A stretch of 58,443 bases of DNA, counting the filler, from Sphacelaria rigidula (lineage: Eukaryota): assembly GCA_964200075.2 (NCBI GenBank). It is 4 parts of 4 records of this genome, joined end to end, with 100 filler letters (N's around TTAATTAATTAA, not from the genome) between each part and the next. Parts side by side here need not be neighbours in the genome. Positions count along the whole stretch, not along the records: positions 1 to 14,536 come from CAXNAA020002196.1; 3 more parts are not named here. One strand, given 5' to 3'. Positions within the stretch are counted from its first letter, which is position 1. The number at the start of each line of letters is the position of its first letter. Under the pieces are notes generated by a model. That model ran no database searches, was not told the origin of the DNA, and saw nothing but the letters and a program-made list of their open reading frames with translations. Positions 1-13,029 of the stretch are shown one piece after another. The position numbers and the translations under genes were made by a program.

Positions 1-807
1 AATCCCCCGGAATAGTTTCAGGGAGGTCGAGAGGGATGCGGTCGTCCGTATAAAAGCTATTTGTCATGAATTTAGGTCAGGGAAAGCACGGCTTTTGAGT
101 TGGATCTCATTTTGTTTTTCAACCCCATTTCCGAGAATCCATTGTTATTTTCAAACTTTCATCAAGCTCAACACTTCCCCGATGGCCGCAGAGGAAAAAA
201 AGCGCACATGGCATACATCTAAATGGTCCGAAATAAATTGTTGGGTCTTCACGGCACCGTGGTATGCATCATGGACTAACAATGACAGGGAAAAGAGAGA
301 ACCTTTGAGGCGTGCGTGGAAGATGCGCTCCGTACAGTCAGAGAACCGGAGTGTCGCACTTCCCTGCGAATGTCGAATGAAGGAACCTCAACCTGAAACC
401 CGAGGTTCTCAATGTATCTAACGCTGGTATCTCAAACTTGAGGTTCCCGGTATACTTAGCAGTTACGGTTGAATGTATTGGACATCTCGGGTTTGAGATT
501 CCTCTGATGACAATCCCAGACGCGTATACGTAGAACGGTGAAGGGCGTCGCGGGAGTGTCCAGCCGACATGTATCTTGCCTCTTCGCCTTCTGGTACATA
601 CATTCATACGTGCGACACATACATGTGCAACAGACGCATTCACTGGGTCAGGTACCAAAATGCAGAGTGGAGAGGGTCACGTCGGTGCTGTACACCCCCG
701 TCAGGCGCTTCACGGTGCTGCGTACGCGTCTGGGCGGTGTCAATCACCATTCACGCTTGTGGGTGACTGATGATGGAACTCATCATTGTATGTGATGAAT
801 TTACGTA

Positions 808-1356
808 CAGTAGTGGGCGGTCTAACTATTCAGGGGCGTTTTGGGGTTTTCCTCGCATACTACTCTCCGATAGAACTCGAAATTGCTAGCGTTGGTAGAT
901 TTTGGTACAATAAACATATCATCCCCGAAACACAATGCTCAAGTCAGTGTTGGTTGGTGCTATCGGGCGATACGAGTAAATACCCCGTTTATCGGGAGAG
1001 TGTTATCGACCGTGGAACACACTGTTTCGGCTCTAGTGCAATGAGTAGGTAGAATTTCAAGAAAACAAAATTGTACATTTTTCACAAATATGATCGGGAC
1101 AGGCTCGATCGACCGAAAATACCGAAGAGTAAGAATCTGGGCTGAAACGGGGCAGGACCCTCGATGACCGGTCAGCCCGTAAGTCGCTCAATATTTATTA
1201 CAGCTATTTTTTATCTCTTGGAATTTGGAGCGGATACAAATAACTTCAGATCCCTAATGAGAGAAGCGGTGGCAAGCGAAAAGAGCCCAAGAAAATTGCC
1301 AGTTACGAGAAAATCACAAAGTGCCACAAAATGAATAGTTAGACCGCCCACTACTG
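808..1356. mobile_element. Tc1/mariner-type MITE (non-autonomous)
   Basis: Perfect 25-bp TIRs CAGTAGTGGGCGGTCTAACTATTCA at 808-832 and 1332-1356, with TA on both sides (806-807, 1357-1358). No coding capacity inside. Confidence 0.85.
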
Positions 1357-1660
1357 TATACAGTACTGCCTCTCTGCAGAGGACGAACCTTTTCGACCAC
1401 TCAGGGCGAATGAATGGATTCAAATCTCTGATCGCTCGGGTAGGCAGTGGTTAAACCGGCATTTTTCGCAAATGAAGAAGGGCAACTGATGATACCGATT
1501 CAACGCATCGTCTACGCTGGGTGTGAAGGGATGAAGGCGCCATAATTTGATAAATCTCTCTTCACGTAGAGGAAGTTCTTGGTTGTTCGAATCATACCGT
1601 ACAGCTCCTATGGGTGAGAACGGGACTTCGTCTTCGCTTTCCATCTGTGATTCACATGGT

Positions 1661-2082
1661 ATGAATGTAACGTGTATATTTCTTACCTGCCATCAATGCG
1701 GCATGAATCAAGCGTACATCTTTCTCACCTGCCATCCATATGGCATGCATCAAACCTGAATGTTTCCTAACTCCCGTTTATATACGTCATGAATCCTACG
1801 TACAGGTTGATATCCCACCATTTTTAAGGTATAAACCAAACGTACACATCATCCACCTTTCATTTGTATGTCATGAACCTTGCGTACAGAGTTCTATCCT
1901 GCAGCTCGTACGCCATGAATCCAACGTACACATCCTCCACCTTCAATTCGTACCCCATGAATCACATGCCCATGGTTCCCATCTATCACTCATTCGTCAT
2001 GAATTACGCGTACGTATTCCCCACTCGCGATTCGCGCGGGATGAACGGAATTGATGTTTTTCACTAGTGATGCGCAAAAAAA
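1661..2082. repeat. Degenerate 42-bp tandem repeat, about 10 units
   Basis: An ATGAA-like anchor recurs at 1661, 1703, 1745, 1789, 1831, 1873, 1915, 1957, 1999 and 2041 (period 42, once 44). Confidence 0.75.
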
Positions 2083-2398
2083 GTGTGACTCATACGTGTG
2101 TTGTACTCTTTGTTCGTATGATACATTCGGAACATACACAATCCCTTTTGCCATTCGAGCGATACTACCCCGAAAGTATGTTTTCCCATCTGTGGTTCGT
2201 TCAAGATGAGTTTTTGATACATGCCTTACTCGACACTCGTAACGAGTCACCTCGTGCGGATCTTGATTCGTCCAAAATGTGCGTTGTCTCATTTCCTATG
2301 TGTACGTCTACCGACACCCTACAACGAGGACTCAGCAATGGTCCACTGCATCGTACGCTCGAAAGCCGGTAACCGGGGTTGATTCGTCAGGAAGATGT

Positions 2399-5300
2399 TC
2401 ATTTTCTGGCCCCTTTATTCTGCGAGGTGTGTCCGCGAAGTGATCGCCTTTGGTGGATCCCGCCGCCTGCAATATTGATGCATGCCCCCGCCGACTTGGG
2501 CAGTTAGCGGCCAAAATATCGGGATCCGAATTCATTCATTTCCTCCGCAAATACGACATATCAGAATCCACGCGCCACGTGCTCTCCCAGGCTAGCGTCT
2601 GCGAAAGGGAAGGGCATTCAGGGGAGCGACAGGATCAGATTGTTCGCTCCGCGAAAACGGTTGTTCAGACTGCTGGATTTATCGAGAAAGGTTCCGTTCC
2701 CCTCACAATTGTTGAACAATGTTTCCACCGCTCGCCCGACCACGTTGTGTCTGGACGCATTAAGCATTTTCAAACTTCACTGCGGATGACATCGCCGTAC
2801 CTTGTGAGTGGTACTGATATCAGATGGATCATAATGTATTAAATGAGGTCGAGGACTTACTGCAGGAGTAGCCTGTGTGGCCAGGGATGCAAGACTGGCC
2901 TGGTTCGCCACACAGCTCCACGCCCTCAATCTCGCAGCCTTCATTGCAATACAGCGCCGCACAACGGGGTTGTCAACACGGCGACGAGTGCCAAACAATG
3001 TCAAGTTGATCAAAGGATGCAGACGAGAACGACCATGACATGCTGAAAGTGAGCCACTCTATGAGCATACGGTTGTCATCGGTTTGCTTCACGCAGCTTC
3101 ATATTTATCGCCGCCCTTGCACTGTCCGGATCCTCGCTCATGTTGTGATATCGATTTAGCTTCGTGATTGCTCGAAGGCACAATGGTGGCTGGTGAGACC
3201 CCCGGAAGTTTGAGCAAGAAGTCATGCATGGGGCCATACTTTGATTCAAACACATGAGCTAGGCTGGGTCGAAATCAATTGGCGTCAAGTATAAACGCGG
3301 TGCTTTTGTGGCTGAGCTACGCATATCACAACAGTTCTGAGAGCCCACCACACTCTCACCACATGAGGCATTCGACGCGGTTGCGGTGCCGGTGTTGCGC
3401 GCTCTCAGGTGCACCTCACTGTGGATTCGCGGAAAACACAGTGTGCACGAGGATCAACGAGCGAAACAACGCGTTACAGTCGAGGGTCACGCCGATCGTC
3501 CCCGTTCAAGGGAATCATCCGAACAGTGTTTCAGGGTTATCAACGTATGAGAACCTAGCGCACGAACAACTCCTCTTTTTTCCAACCAAAGTAAGGGGCC
3601 CATTCGACACCAGCAGTCTACCATAGTTGAACTGTTCGCGTCGACACAAACCAAGGACGCCATCACATTATACGGCGTTGTACCGCGAAGTGAGAACGCT
3701 TCTGTTGGTATGTCTCGTCGTTAGATGCGTCAAGACCGTGACTGAATTTTGACAGATGATAGTTTGAGGCATGGCCGTGGTGGGCAGCAAGCAGCCTAGG
3801 GACGGTGGCGCGAAAAAACAAGGCGCGTGACAGCACTGTGTAGTGTGTTACAAATCTAAGACGCGTTACCGGGTTGGAGATCGCGCTCACTTGGTGATGA
3901 TGGGGATACACTCCAGATCCTTGTTGTTCGACAAATTTCTGTCCAAAGAGGTCACGGCACAGGCATGAAACAGGAGAAATGGGGCAGTTGGTGACGGCAT
4001 TCATCAGCCTCGAAAGTTTGACATTGAACGTCACAATATACGAGAACAAATGGCGTACATGCCTCAGTTGGCCACGGCGAGCTCGCACCGATCAAACACA
4101 AAGGATTGGGTGGGTCGGCTGACAGTTTACCGTACCATTCCATTGGACGGTAGGCGTGCCCACGCATTCACACACTGAATATTGCTACGCCTAGCAATTA
4201 CCGCAGCAATGACCCATCCAGTACCGGGTAAACATTCAATCGCATACAGTAGGTTGGTACACCAACGTTTCATGTTATACACACTCTTGAAGAGGTTACA
4301 CTGGAACCGGCTGCGCAGCCCTTGCTGCGAGATAGCGTGTAAAATGCCCCTACTGGGTGTAGCATGCTTTCCCAAGTTTGTTTGCATCTGGTGCTGTACA
4401 CGATGGGATGGTGTGGGAAGAACACGCATGGGGAATCTGAAACCCGATCCACCATGTCGCGTGGTTTATTATTATTTGTGGTTACTCACATATAATCCAG
4501 CTTGTTCAGATTAGAGAAGAGGGCGGTTGGCAGCACAGTCAGGTCGTTGTTTCGTAGAGACCTAGGGAAACGGTGGGTGCGGGAGGCGGTCGTAGATGTC
4601 CAAGATGTGATCGAAGGGGCGTGGTATTTGCCACATAATTGCTCGGCGGAAGAAACTTGGGTTGGATAGGGTATCGCGACACGAAGCAGCGGGTAAATCG
4701 GGCAGGGTGACCGCGACTAAAAAGACGTCGGTAGCCAGCTCAACGACCAATAGCACACAGCGTGGAAAAAATATACTTCAGGTCGGTCGTCCGCACTCAA
4801 GCATTGAAGGACCCTACGACGTCACAAACACGCAAGGCCACAAATGTGGTGTTCAGCAATCGCCAATCTTTGCTCTCACAGTCCCTGGAGGTTTGGTACA
4901 CCCGAGAAACAGTCATCCGGTAACATCTTCAGCTGGTTTCTTGACATATCCCTATGCGCGCGAGGAACGTCGGCAGCGGGTTGCAGGAGGAATGCGGCGG
5001 TGAGAGGGGCATGCTGGATTTCTGCGGGGTTCGCGGGTCGCAGAGATGTAACCGTTATTCAACGCCAGATTTGGAAGGGTGGGATAATTGCTTTTTGGGC
5101 CAACCGGGATTTGGCGAAAACGCGACACAGGTGGGATGAATCGGAGAAAAACAACCGAATCCGGAACACGTCACTGATCTCCTTAGGATCGTTACTGGCG
5201 CCCGTTTGGGGAGCAGAAAGGCGGACAACTGGGGAACATAGTGGACAAAAAGGGTGAAACGTCCGCAAAATATGCTCGCCCTCGCTGGTCCCTGCAGGCG

Positions 5301-8300
5301 AGGGTCGGCATAATTTATGACGAACGGGGTTTTGGCAAAACCCTTGGCTCGAAGGCGCCGTATGCGCATCTTGCGCTGGCGGTCACCTCCGTTTTTCATA
5401 TTCAGCACTGCGCGGGGGGTGGGGCAGGTGCGATTGGCGACAACAGTCTGTACGAAACCGTCCTGCACAGTGCCGTACTGTGCGGGTCTGTTGTTTAAGC
5501 AAAAAAAAGTCGCCTTCCTGACGGAACAACCCCGCGCAATATATCTAAAACTTCCCCCTTCTTCGTGAACGGTAACCCTTACTCACAACCATGTCAGACC
5601 CCATAGATCGCCCGGACAGGACTTCAGCTGATTGTCGCTCATTTCCCTGCAAATTAGCACGAGGAACGTTCATAGACAGACGTCGAGGGGACGCAAAGCT
5701 GATAGTTACACTTTCAGTTGGGTCGATGCATCGTCTGTTCGGGATCAGGAACACAGCGCAATCACAGTAACTCAGGCGTAGCTTGTGAGTGGTGCAGTAC
5801 AGAGTCGAATCACTAGACCCGTGAATGTCAACTGCCTGTCGCGAGACGGTGCCACAGTTACTCTTTGGCTCAAGCGCTCGAGCGGCAATCATCCTACTCT
5901 CATTGCCACTAAAATGAATGGCAAAATACTCTTCCACCGTGGGTCCGACCTGGACCATTCAGTCCACCTTTTTCGACCACTCGCATGTAGCCCCCTATCG
6001 TAGAGCAAAGTAAAACATCGCGATCGTGTGACGCATGTAGGCCGACCCTCCCCTCCCTTCCCTAGCGAACGCGCTCAACATCTTGCACTCAACGGCACCA
6101 CTACTCTCAGCCAAGACTGTCAGGGTGAAGCGCAAGACGCCTTACCATGGTACACACTCACAGACGGCGAAGGTGCTTGAAGCCAGAGAGCGCCTGTTCC
6201 GGCCATGAGGAGAAAATATTCGCGGTCAAGATCCTGTGGCATTTCGTCGGTGCGTTTAGGTCACACAGTGGGAGATCAAACGACAACAGCCCAAGTCCTA
6301 GTACGTAACAATGTCAGGGTTTCGTCGGCAAGACACGCCGCGTGAAGAATTATTCTCTCTTTAAAAATCTGGCAAGGACCTGAACAGGTTCTTTGGACCA
6401 ATGATAAAATCATGAGTCGTTGCGGACGAGTTCCGCCGTCAGCAAGAAGTGCGTAGCAATTGAAACTGTGCTGTGCAAGGGCCAGTGCATAATCGCGGGG
6501 GGAGCGGTCCGCAGCGAGATTATGTAGTCTGATGCTTGCGAGTATGTACACACAAAGCAGTAGTGGAGCACGACGAGGTTTGCTCTGAGAACACGGGACC
6601 TTACAAATTGGGGGGATGGATCTTTTATTGGGGATGAGAAACCCGGAGAATTCAAATCTTCGTGTCTACACCAAATCTTCGAAATATGGTTCCATTTCTT
6701 CACCTACTGATAGCTATTGACAACTGCTACACGCCGTATAAATTTGGATTTCGATCGCCGAAATGTTGGGGTTCTAGGTGAAAAAACAATTTTGGTGGTT
6801 ATGGATGTCCGAACGGACGCCAAACTGATTCCGAAAATGGCAAGATCTCACTGAACATAATCACGGACCACTGCACTTCGATGGCATCGAAACATCCTGC
6901 GCTAGACAAAACGTGTGGGGCATTGAGAACGAGTACTCACAGAGTGTGCAGGTTCGGCACGTGCGACGCCATGTCATCCGGCAACGTGCTCAGGGCATCT
7001 CCAGTGAGGATCCTGAACGCACGACATACGAGACATCGCAAGAAAAAGCGGTATGTACGGTTAAAACGGAAGACCCCGTGAGGTTTTGCGACAAAAGTGA
7101 CGCCTACACACGAGTAGCACTCTTCTACGGTGGGTTAGTCCTGATTTGCATTCCGCCTTGTTGACATACACATGGTGCGTGTTGAAGCATTATGTATTAC
7201 AAATGAACATTTGCTAGCTAGTCGCGAAGGAAAAGCAGAAAGAGAGCACCCGAAATCAGTCTGTGCGCGTTTCAAACTAGTCCTAGGGTCACGTTCCCAT
7301 AGTAGTACGTATAACTTTGGTTTGTGCTTATACGCCGTGTCCCGGTGGTCCAAGTGATGTACCGTCAACCGATTTCGTAGGCGGATTCCATGTGTTCAAA
7401 CCCTCGACATATACTTGTATGCTATTGGTATATATATTCTGAGTGCGGTCGTCAGAAGCATGAGGTGATGAGCGACGGAACAAAATATGGATGAAACTTG
7501 ACTGACTCCAGGAGTGCTGACCCAATGCCCGATGGCGGGTTTTCAAGGAGGTACCGGGGGAGAGATGATTTGGACCCTTCAGACTACGAGCGACTCCGTT
7601 CCGGTGACAGGGGGGAAGTAAACGGCGGCAAGAGAATAAGGAACAAAATCAGAGAACACGGATTGTTGGGAGGCTGGTGTTGTGTGGTGCTGTCTCACTA
7701 GACAATTTTAGAAAGGATACGCAGTGGTTGCAAAGGATCGCAACGACTGCGAAGCTCACTTGCGTTTTGCAGCGAAAGCTAAAATTCAGACGGTGTTCAC
7801 GGGCGCTTTTTGGCCTAAACAAAATACAACATGGTCTCTTCTCAAAGCAGAAAGCTGAAGAAAGCTGGTCGAGATGAGGGCGTGGAGGGAGTAGAGAGCA
7901 GTAGGGGTCCAGATCTTCGAACTCAACCTGCGATCAATCTTTGAACAAGAATCGCTCATGCGTCGCTAGGGACGCGTACGTCAAACCAGATCATTCCTTT
8001 TCTGGTGTGCTTCATAAACTGGGTCCATTTGCCTGTGCGCATGGATTGGTGAAAGAGGCGGTTCTTGGTACAAGACGAAGAGGTATATGAAACGAGAATC
8101 AAAGTAAGCGACATGAACCTGCCAGAAGCGCGTAGAATCTATACATCCCTATTCGGAAATGAATAATGCCACGGCAGGGTTGCACGTTTGAGCCCAGACG
8201 ATTCTTGTCGAAAGGCTCCTAAACCCAGGAGCTACAGAAGACTATGTATCAGGGCAATTCCGTCGTAAACTTCAGTCGAGATTCCCTAGCCCATCGGAAC

Positions 8301-11300
8301 CCTACTCGTAGCGTGCTCTCACATATTTTGTGAGTCGTTTGCTGGATGAGATAAAGTGCTCCTAATAATTTAAACCTGAGAAACCTCTTCTGCAATGCTA
8401 CCGTGGCATGACTCAATCACCGCTCGGATCCCGGCGAGCGGGAAATATTCGTTCGGGGTGTGGGTAGTACGGCAAAACCGCCGTCGGGTTGTTAGGGTGC
8501 CGGGACTTGCTTGTGAGCAGAGCGCGTCGCAATTATGTTTCGGAATGAACACGTCAGGTTTGGTCGTCGCCTTGGGGTGGACGAGAAATGAGCTTGCAAA
8601 AATAATCCGTTCTCCGGATGCCATGGTTGCTGTAGCTAGTGGTTTGATGAGGGGCGCGCGCCCACTGAATGAGGTACATCACATCCTCGGCATATACATA
8701 CCCAATAGAAAAAATTGGGAAGGCCGTTTAGAAATGTATGAAGAACGAGGAAACGCCAGATTCGGTATACCTCTGGAATTTCCGACTATCGAGTGTACAG
8801 GGTGGACTTGAGGAAAAGCTCCATTTTGCGCACGGACCGCACGAAGTCAGGACGCGTTTTAATCCCGTTTTGCTTCAAGGCACAAGAGCGCCACATATTC
8901 CCAGTTCATGCACCCGAGGAATTTAGACCGAAACCGGTGTTCCTGGCGCGTTTTCACCATTCTGCACATCTGGTGCGAAATCGTACCTTTTACAGGCAAG
9001 GCGTGAACATATACCTTGTTTAGTCTACAGTGCTTCGACCACTCACAGAACTTTGAGACTCTTCAAGCCGGAAAGCATTCCCCCCGGCCACGTGAAGCGC
9101 GATTGCATGAAGAGCCTGGTCACGGACGTGGGGGAGGCGAGTCAACAAGCGAATGCCGTCAGGAGACCAACCACCAACACGATCACACAACGATTCAGCA
9201 CCAACATTCGCCACGCTGCTACCATGGCCATTACGATGGCATCCGTCAATACGCTGTGCCGTGCACTGCCAAGGCGCTACCTGGTTATCTCGGCTACGAT
9301 ATCTACCAACAGTAGTCTACTACGCATGCTGTGCGGTATAAACGCACAGGGAACGGTGTCCACCAGGTGCCGCCAAACGCACTCCAAAGTATTTCTTTGA
9401 GATGCTATGGTGATAAATGTTGAGGGCTACGGTGCTGGGGTGGACAGGAACTCAATAATGTACGGCCAAACGCAGTTCAAAGACGGATGCTAATGCTAGA
9501 GAGATGGCTGTGCACTTCTGCTCCGTTGTTGCCGCAAAAGTAATCAACGACGGCAAAGTTCGCTGACTCGTTCATGCACTCACAGTTGCGTAAGATTCTC
9601 CAGAGCAGAGAAGCACCCGGGAGAAAATTCAGCGTCCTGGATGTTTAGAAAACCCCTGCTTGGCACAAAACAAATGTGAGCTCGCAAAAAATGCTGATAC
9701 CGGCCAGGACACCAAAAAAGTTGATACAGCCGTGTGTTCGAGCTAGGATAGTGGACAGCAAGACCGCCGGCTTTGCTTTGCAAAACAGCAGCAAACCGTG
9801 ATGATACTGTATTGCGGCGATCATCAACACAAGGAGACATCGCGTGCCGAACAACCCATGGCCGCACAAGAAGTGGCGGTGAAGTCCTTACCGTCACGCT
9901 AGCGTGAAGAAATGTCAGCACCTCTACATATATATATATATATCTGACCGCACAATTCGTACGAATGAGCAATAGTCGTGGAACTCTTCGTGAGCATGAC
10001 ATCATCACCGCATGGTGCTAATGTTCACACACACAACGGCTAAGGGAGAAGCCTCTGGCGATTGCGCTTTGACACGCCTCTTCTCGGATGCAGCATGTTT
10101 CCGGCCATTTTACAACCCGCGGCCCTACAACACAGTGCCCTCTACACAGAGTACCAACGGCGGTAGTTAGCCGGGTGCGAATTTCAGTGGAGACATTTCC
10201 CAGAACGAACTCACAACGCTTGCAATGCGGGCAGTCCGGAGAACGTACGCTTGGTCAATGCAGTCAACTTCGGCTCGTCAAATGTTCTGTCTCCGACCGA
10301 CCGGCAGATAATTGCAGGTGGTGCCCAGGAAGGCGGTAGACGGAGCATCGTGGGCGGAATTCAACGAGCGGGAGGGAAGAGGGTAAGGTATCGGCGAACA
10401 CCATATAGCAACAAAGCTTCGACTGGAAACATTCGTGACAACATGCTGAGCCCGTAAACCTGCCTACATCAATAGCACCGAGGTCTCGAGACTACACTCG
10501 GCAGGAACCATGATGTGCCTGAGGTGGATTGTCGAACTGTCAACCGGAACGACCTCGACAACACTGATCGGCGCTTTACTACAACATTCGACACGGCAAG
10601 AGCGACATGATAAGTAGACCATTTTAACCGCAGGCGATAGCGACGCCCACTATCTAAACAATACTCGCCGGGCGAGGGTACGCGGCGATTTGATGAGGTC
10701 TACGTAAGCTATGCTGTGGTGAGCTACGCGACCCTCACGCATGCGTGGAGTATGCGACATCAGATCGCTACCGCCCGGTCTCCCCCGCTATTTCGCGACA
10801 GCCAACTCCTGCATGCGACATCCAGCATGGGTTCTCGGACACATGGTAAACTTTGGTTCCACTCACAGGTGTGTAAGCGCAGTCAAGCCATTTAGGCAAC
10901 CTTCCGGTAACGACGTCACTTGGTTTCGACGGAACCTCCTGTTGTTGGGCAATCCATGGTGCGTATACAAAACGCGTGGCAGCGATGTACAGAGAGTAAG
11001 CGATCAGAAACATTCCTTGATTTTTCTACCTCATACAGGTCACCCATTTATTCGTGACCATCCAGACACAGGTAGCTTCTTACAGGGTTGTACATAGACT
11101 GTGGCCGTAGAAACGAAGCATGCAAACCAAATACACACATCGCACCACAGCATGAACGAGGCCGTCACAGTGCATATGGGACCCTTATTTCCCGATATTT
11201 GGATGGATCGCGGTTCTGAGGGTTCGCCCAGCCTGTGCAGCGCCGTTGTGGGCCACTCCCTCTCACCCCTGTTACTTCTCTCCTTCACGCTCGAAATAAA

Positions 11301-13029
11301 TATATAGGCTCTACACTCACAGGTTCGTGAGGTTCGCCAGGGGCGAGAATATATCCTGCGGCAGTGTTGTCAGGGCCGTGTCCGAAATAGCCCTACCGAT
11401 ATTTTGCACATCCCCACGGAGAAAGCATCACAACAAGGTAAAAAGGCAAGTGGGGGGTAAGTCAGTGAACCGCGCAAGACCGGTGCTGTGTCGCCATCAG
11501 GTGCGTAATACGATCCAGCGGGCAACGATAGTATGTCACCGAGCAAGCAAGCCTACGACGAGTATACGCTCAATCAGCAATACTCCGGCCGCCACGAGAT
11601 TTGGTTCCAGCGCTTTAAATTTTGGCCCTTGGTTGTCGCAACCACCTCTCTCCAATACAAGCGGTTGTGTGTGTGGGAGTTTCGCATTGTCGTACAACTT
11701 CTATCTGGGGTATCATATCCATCTAGGGTATGAATGCCCATCTGGAATATGGACATCGATCTGGGATGTCCGTCTCGAATATCACCTCCGTTTGGGATAT
11801 CCACCTGGGATGTGGACGTTTGTCAGGTACATGGATATCCACCTGCGATGTCCCCCTGGGGTGCCCATCTAGGGATTTGGTATGCCGTTGTCCCGGATGG
11901 ATGTCTACATCCCAACTGGAGGTCAATATCTCAGAGGATATCTCAGATGGACGTACATATCCCAGGGCATCCTAGATGGATCTGACACCTCACGTGGACG
12001 TCTAATTGTGACACCTACATCACAGATGGAGGTTGCACGGTCACGGAAAATCGTAGTACAGGTTGACAAGACTTTTGATGGCTCGCAGCGGCACGTTTTC
12101 TTCAATGGAAACGTATGAGTGTACAACTTGCTATGTATCGCGACAGAAGCGCTTGATATAGTTTGGTAGATCAACGGCCGGTGAACGCTGCCTGGATGAA
12201 TCTGAGGGGTAAGATATTCGACCATCAGTTTTTCTGTATTCTTGAGATTTCGGATAATTTACGAGACCAGCGCTTGAGGGAAAAGTGCCTGGGAGAATTT
12301 ACCACGCTTACAATCAGTCTCTGTTTTTTTCGGCATCTAAGACTTTGGAAATGTGAATAACAATCCTCTCTGAACAAAGAATAGGCTGTATTTCTTGTGC
12401 CTCGCCAACCTAATGGGTTGCCTGCTATTTCAGGGCTTTCCCGCGCAGCCAGCGTCATCCGAGCTGTCCTCGTCAATCCTCACCGTTTCGGTTCCTTCGT
12501 GCACACATACTCGCCCGATGAATTCCAAACATATCTCTAGCTCCACACCGTTTGAAGTGGGGTTGAGGGGGGTACCACAAATTGAACACGTGAGCGAAGG
12601 TTGGGTCGGCAAACAGCACCACACACAACTGTGTGCAAAGCAGCTTCAAAGGCAGCAGTTCTGCAAACCGTGATTCCAAAGGAGGAACAGTGACCCATGT
12701 GTACAGCGTTTTACCATCCTTGATACTAGTGGTAGGAAATACAGACTTGAAATCGTTGCTTATGCACCGCAACAGTGGGGGCGGAAGTGCACCAGGGAGA
12801 GAGATGTCGCGTACTCTTGAAGCCAGAGCACCGCACATGTAGGATCGAGTGATAAGTGGAGTAACTCTACTCGCTACGTCTTCATACCGAAGCTGTTGTA
12901 TCTATACTTTGCTGTGTCATATCTGCCACCGATTTTTATTGTTTTACCATCACTTACAAGTATTTCAGCTGTCCAAGTCCAGCAAACACACCCAGGGACA
13001 GGGATGTCAATCGGGAGCCCCGTAGACGC
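2399..13029 (-). CDS. Leucine-rich repeat protein, one LRR per exon, with C-terminal Cys-rich module (5' end not found)
   Basis: AG/GT-bounded phase-2/phase-2 exons: 13029-12958 RLRGSRLTSLSLGVFAGLGQLKYL; 11392-11321 AISDTALTTLPQDIFSPLANLTNL; 10938-10867 RFRRNQVTSLPEGCLNGLTALTHL; 10286-10215 TFDEPKLTALTKRTFSGLPALQAL; 9655-9584 GFLNIQDAEFSPGCFSALENLTQL; 9115-9047 (69 nt) LFMQSRFTWPGGMLSGLKSLKVL; 7012-6941 ILTGDALSTLPDDMASHVPNLHTL; 6233-6162 ILTANIFSSWPEQALSGFKHLRRL; 5646-5587 (60 nt) EMSDNQLKSCPGDLWGLTWL; 4951-4880 DMSRNQLKMLPDDCFSGVPNLQGL; 4561-4490 SLRNNDLTVLPTALFSNLNKLDYI. These are followed by 3938-3891 NLSNNKDLECIPIIT, 3418-3360 EVHLRARNTGTATASNASC and 2938-2861 GCEIEGVELCGEPGQSCIPGHTGYSC, with a tentative last exon at 2466-2399. 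All phases join in frame and the LRR junction codons give L or I. Confidence 0.88.
11700..12030. repeat. Degenerate foldback-like repeat cluster in an LRR-gene intron
   Basis: Many variants of a GATATCCAYCTGGGAT-like motif, forward in the left half and reverse-complemented in the right half. Confidence 0.5.

Noticed and set aside
1661-2082. CRISPR-like array
   Set aside because: The units diverge along their whole length, with no constant repeat plus unique spacer, and the context is eukaryotic.
12045-12130. Possible extra LRR exon (..VPLRAIKSLVNL..)
   Set aside because: The acceptor gives phase 0 and 71 nt with a weak donor, incompatible with the phase-2 series.
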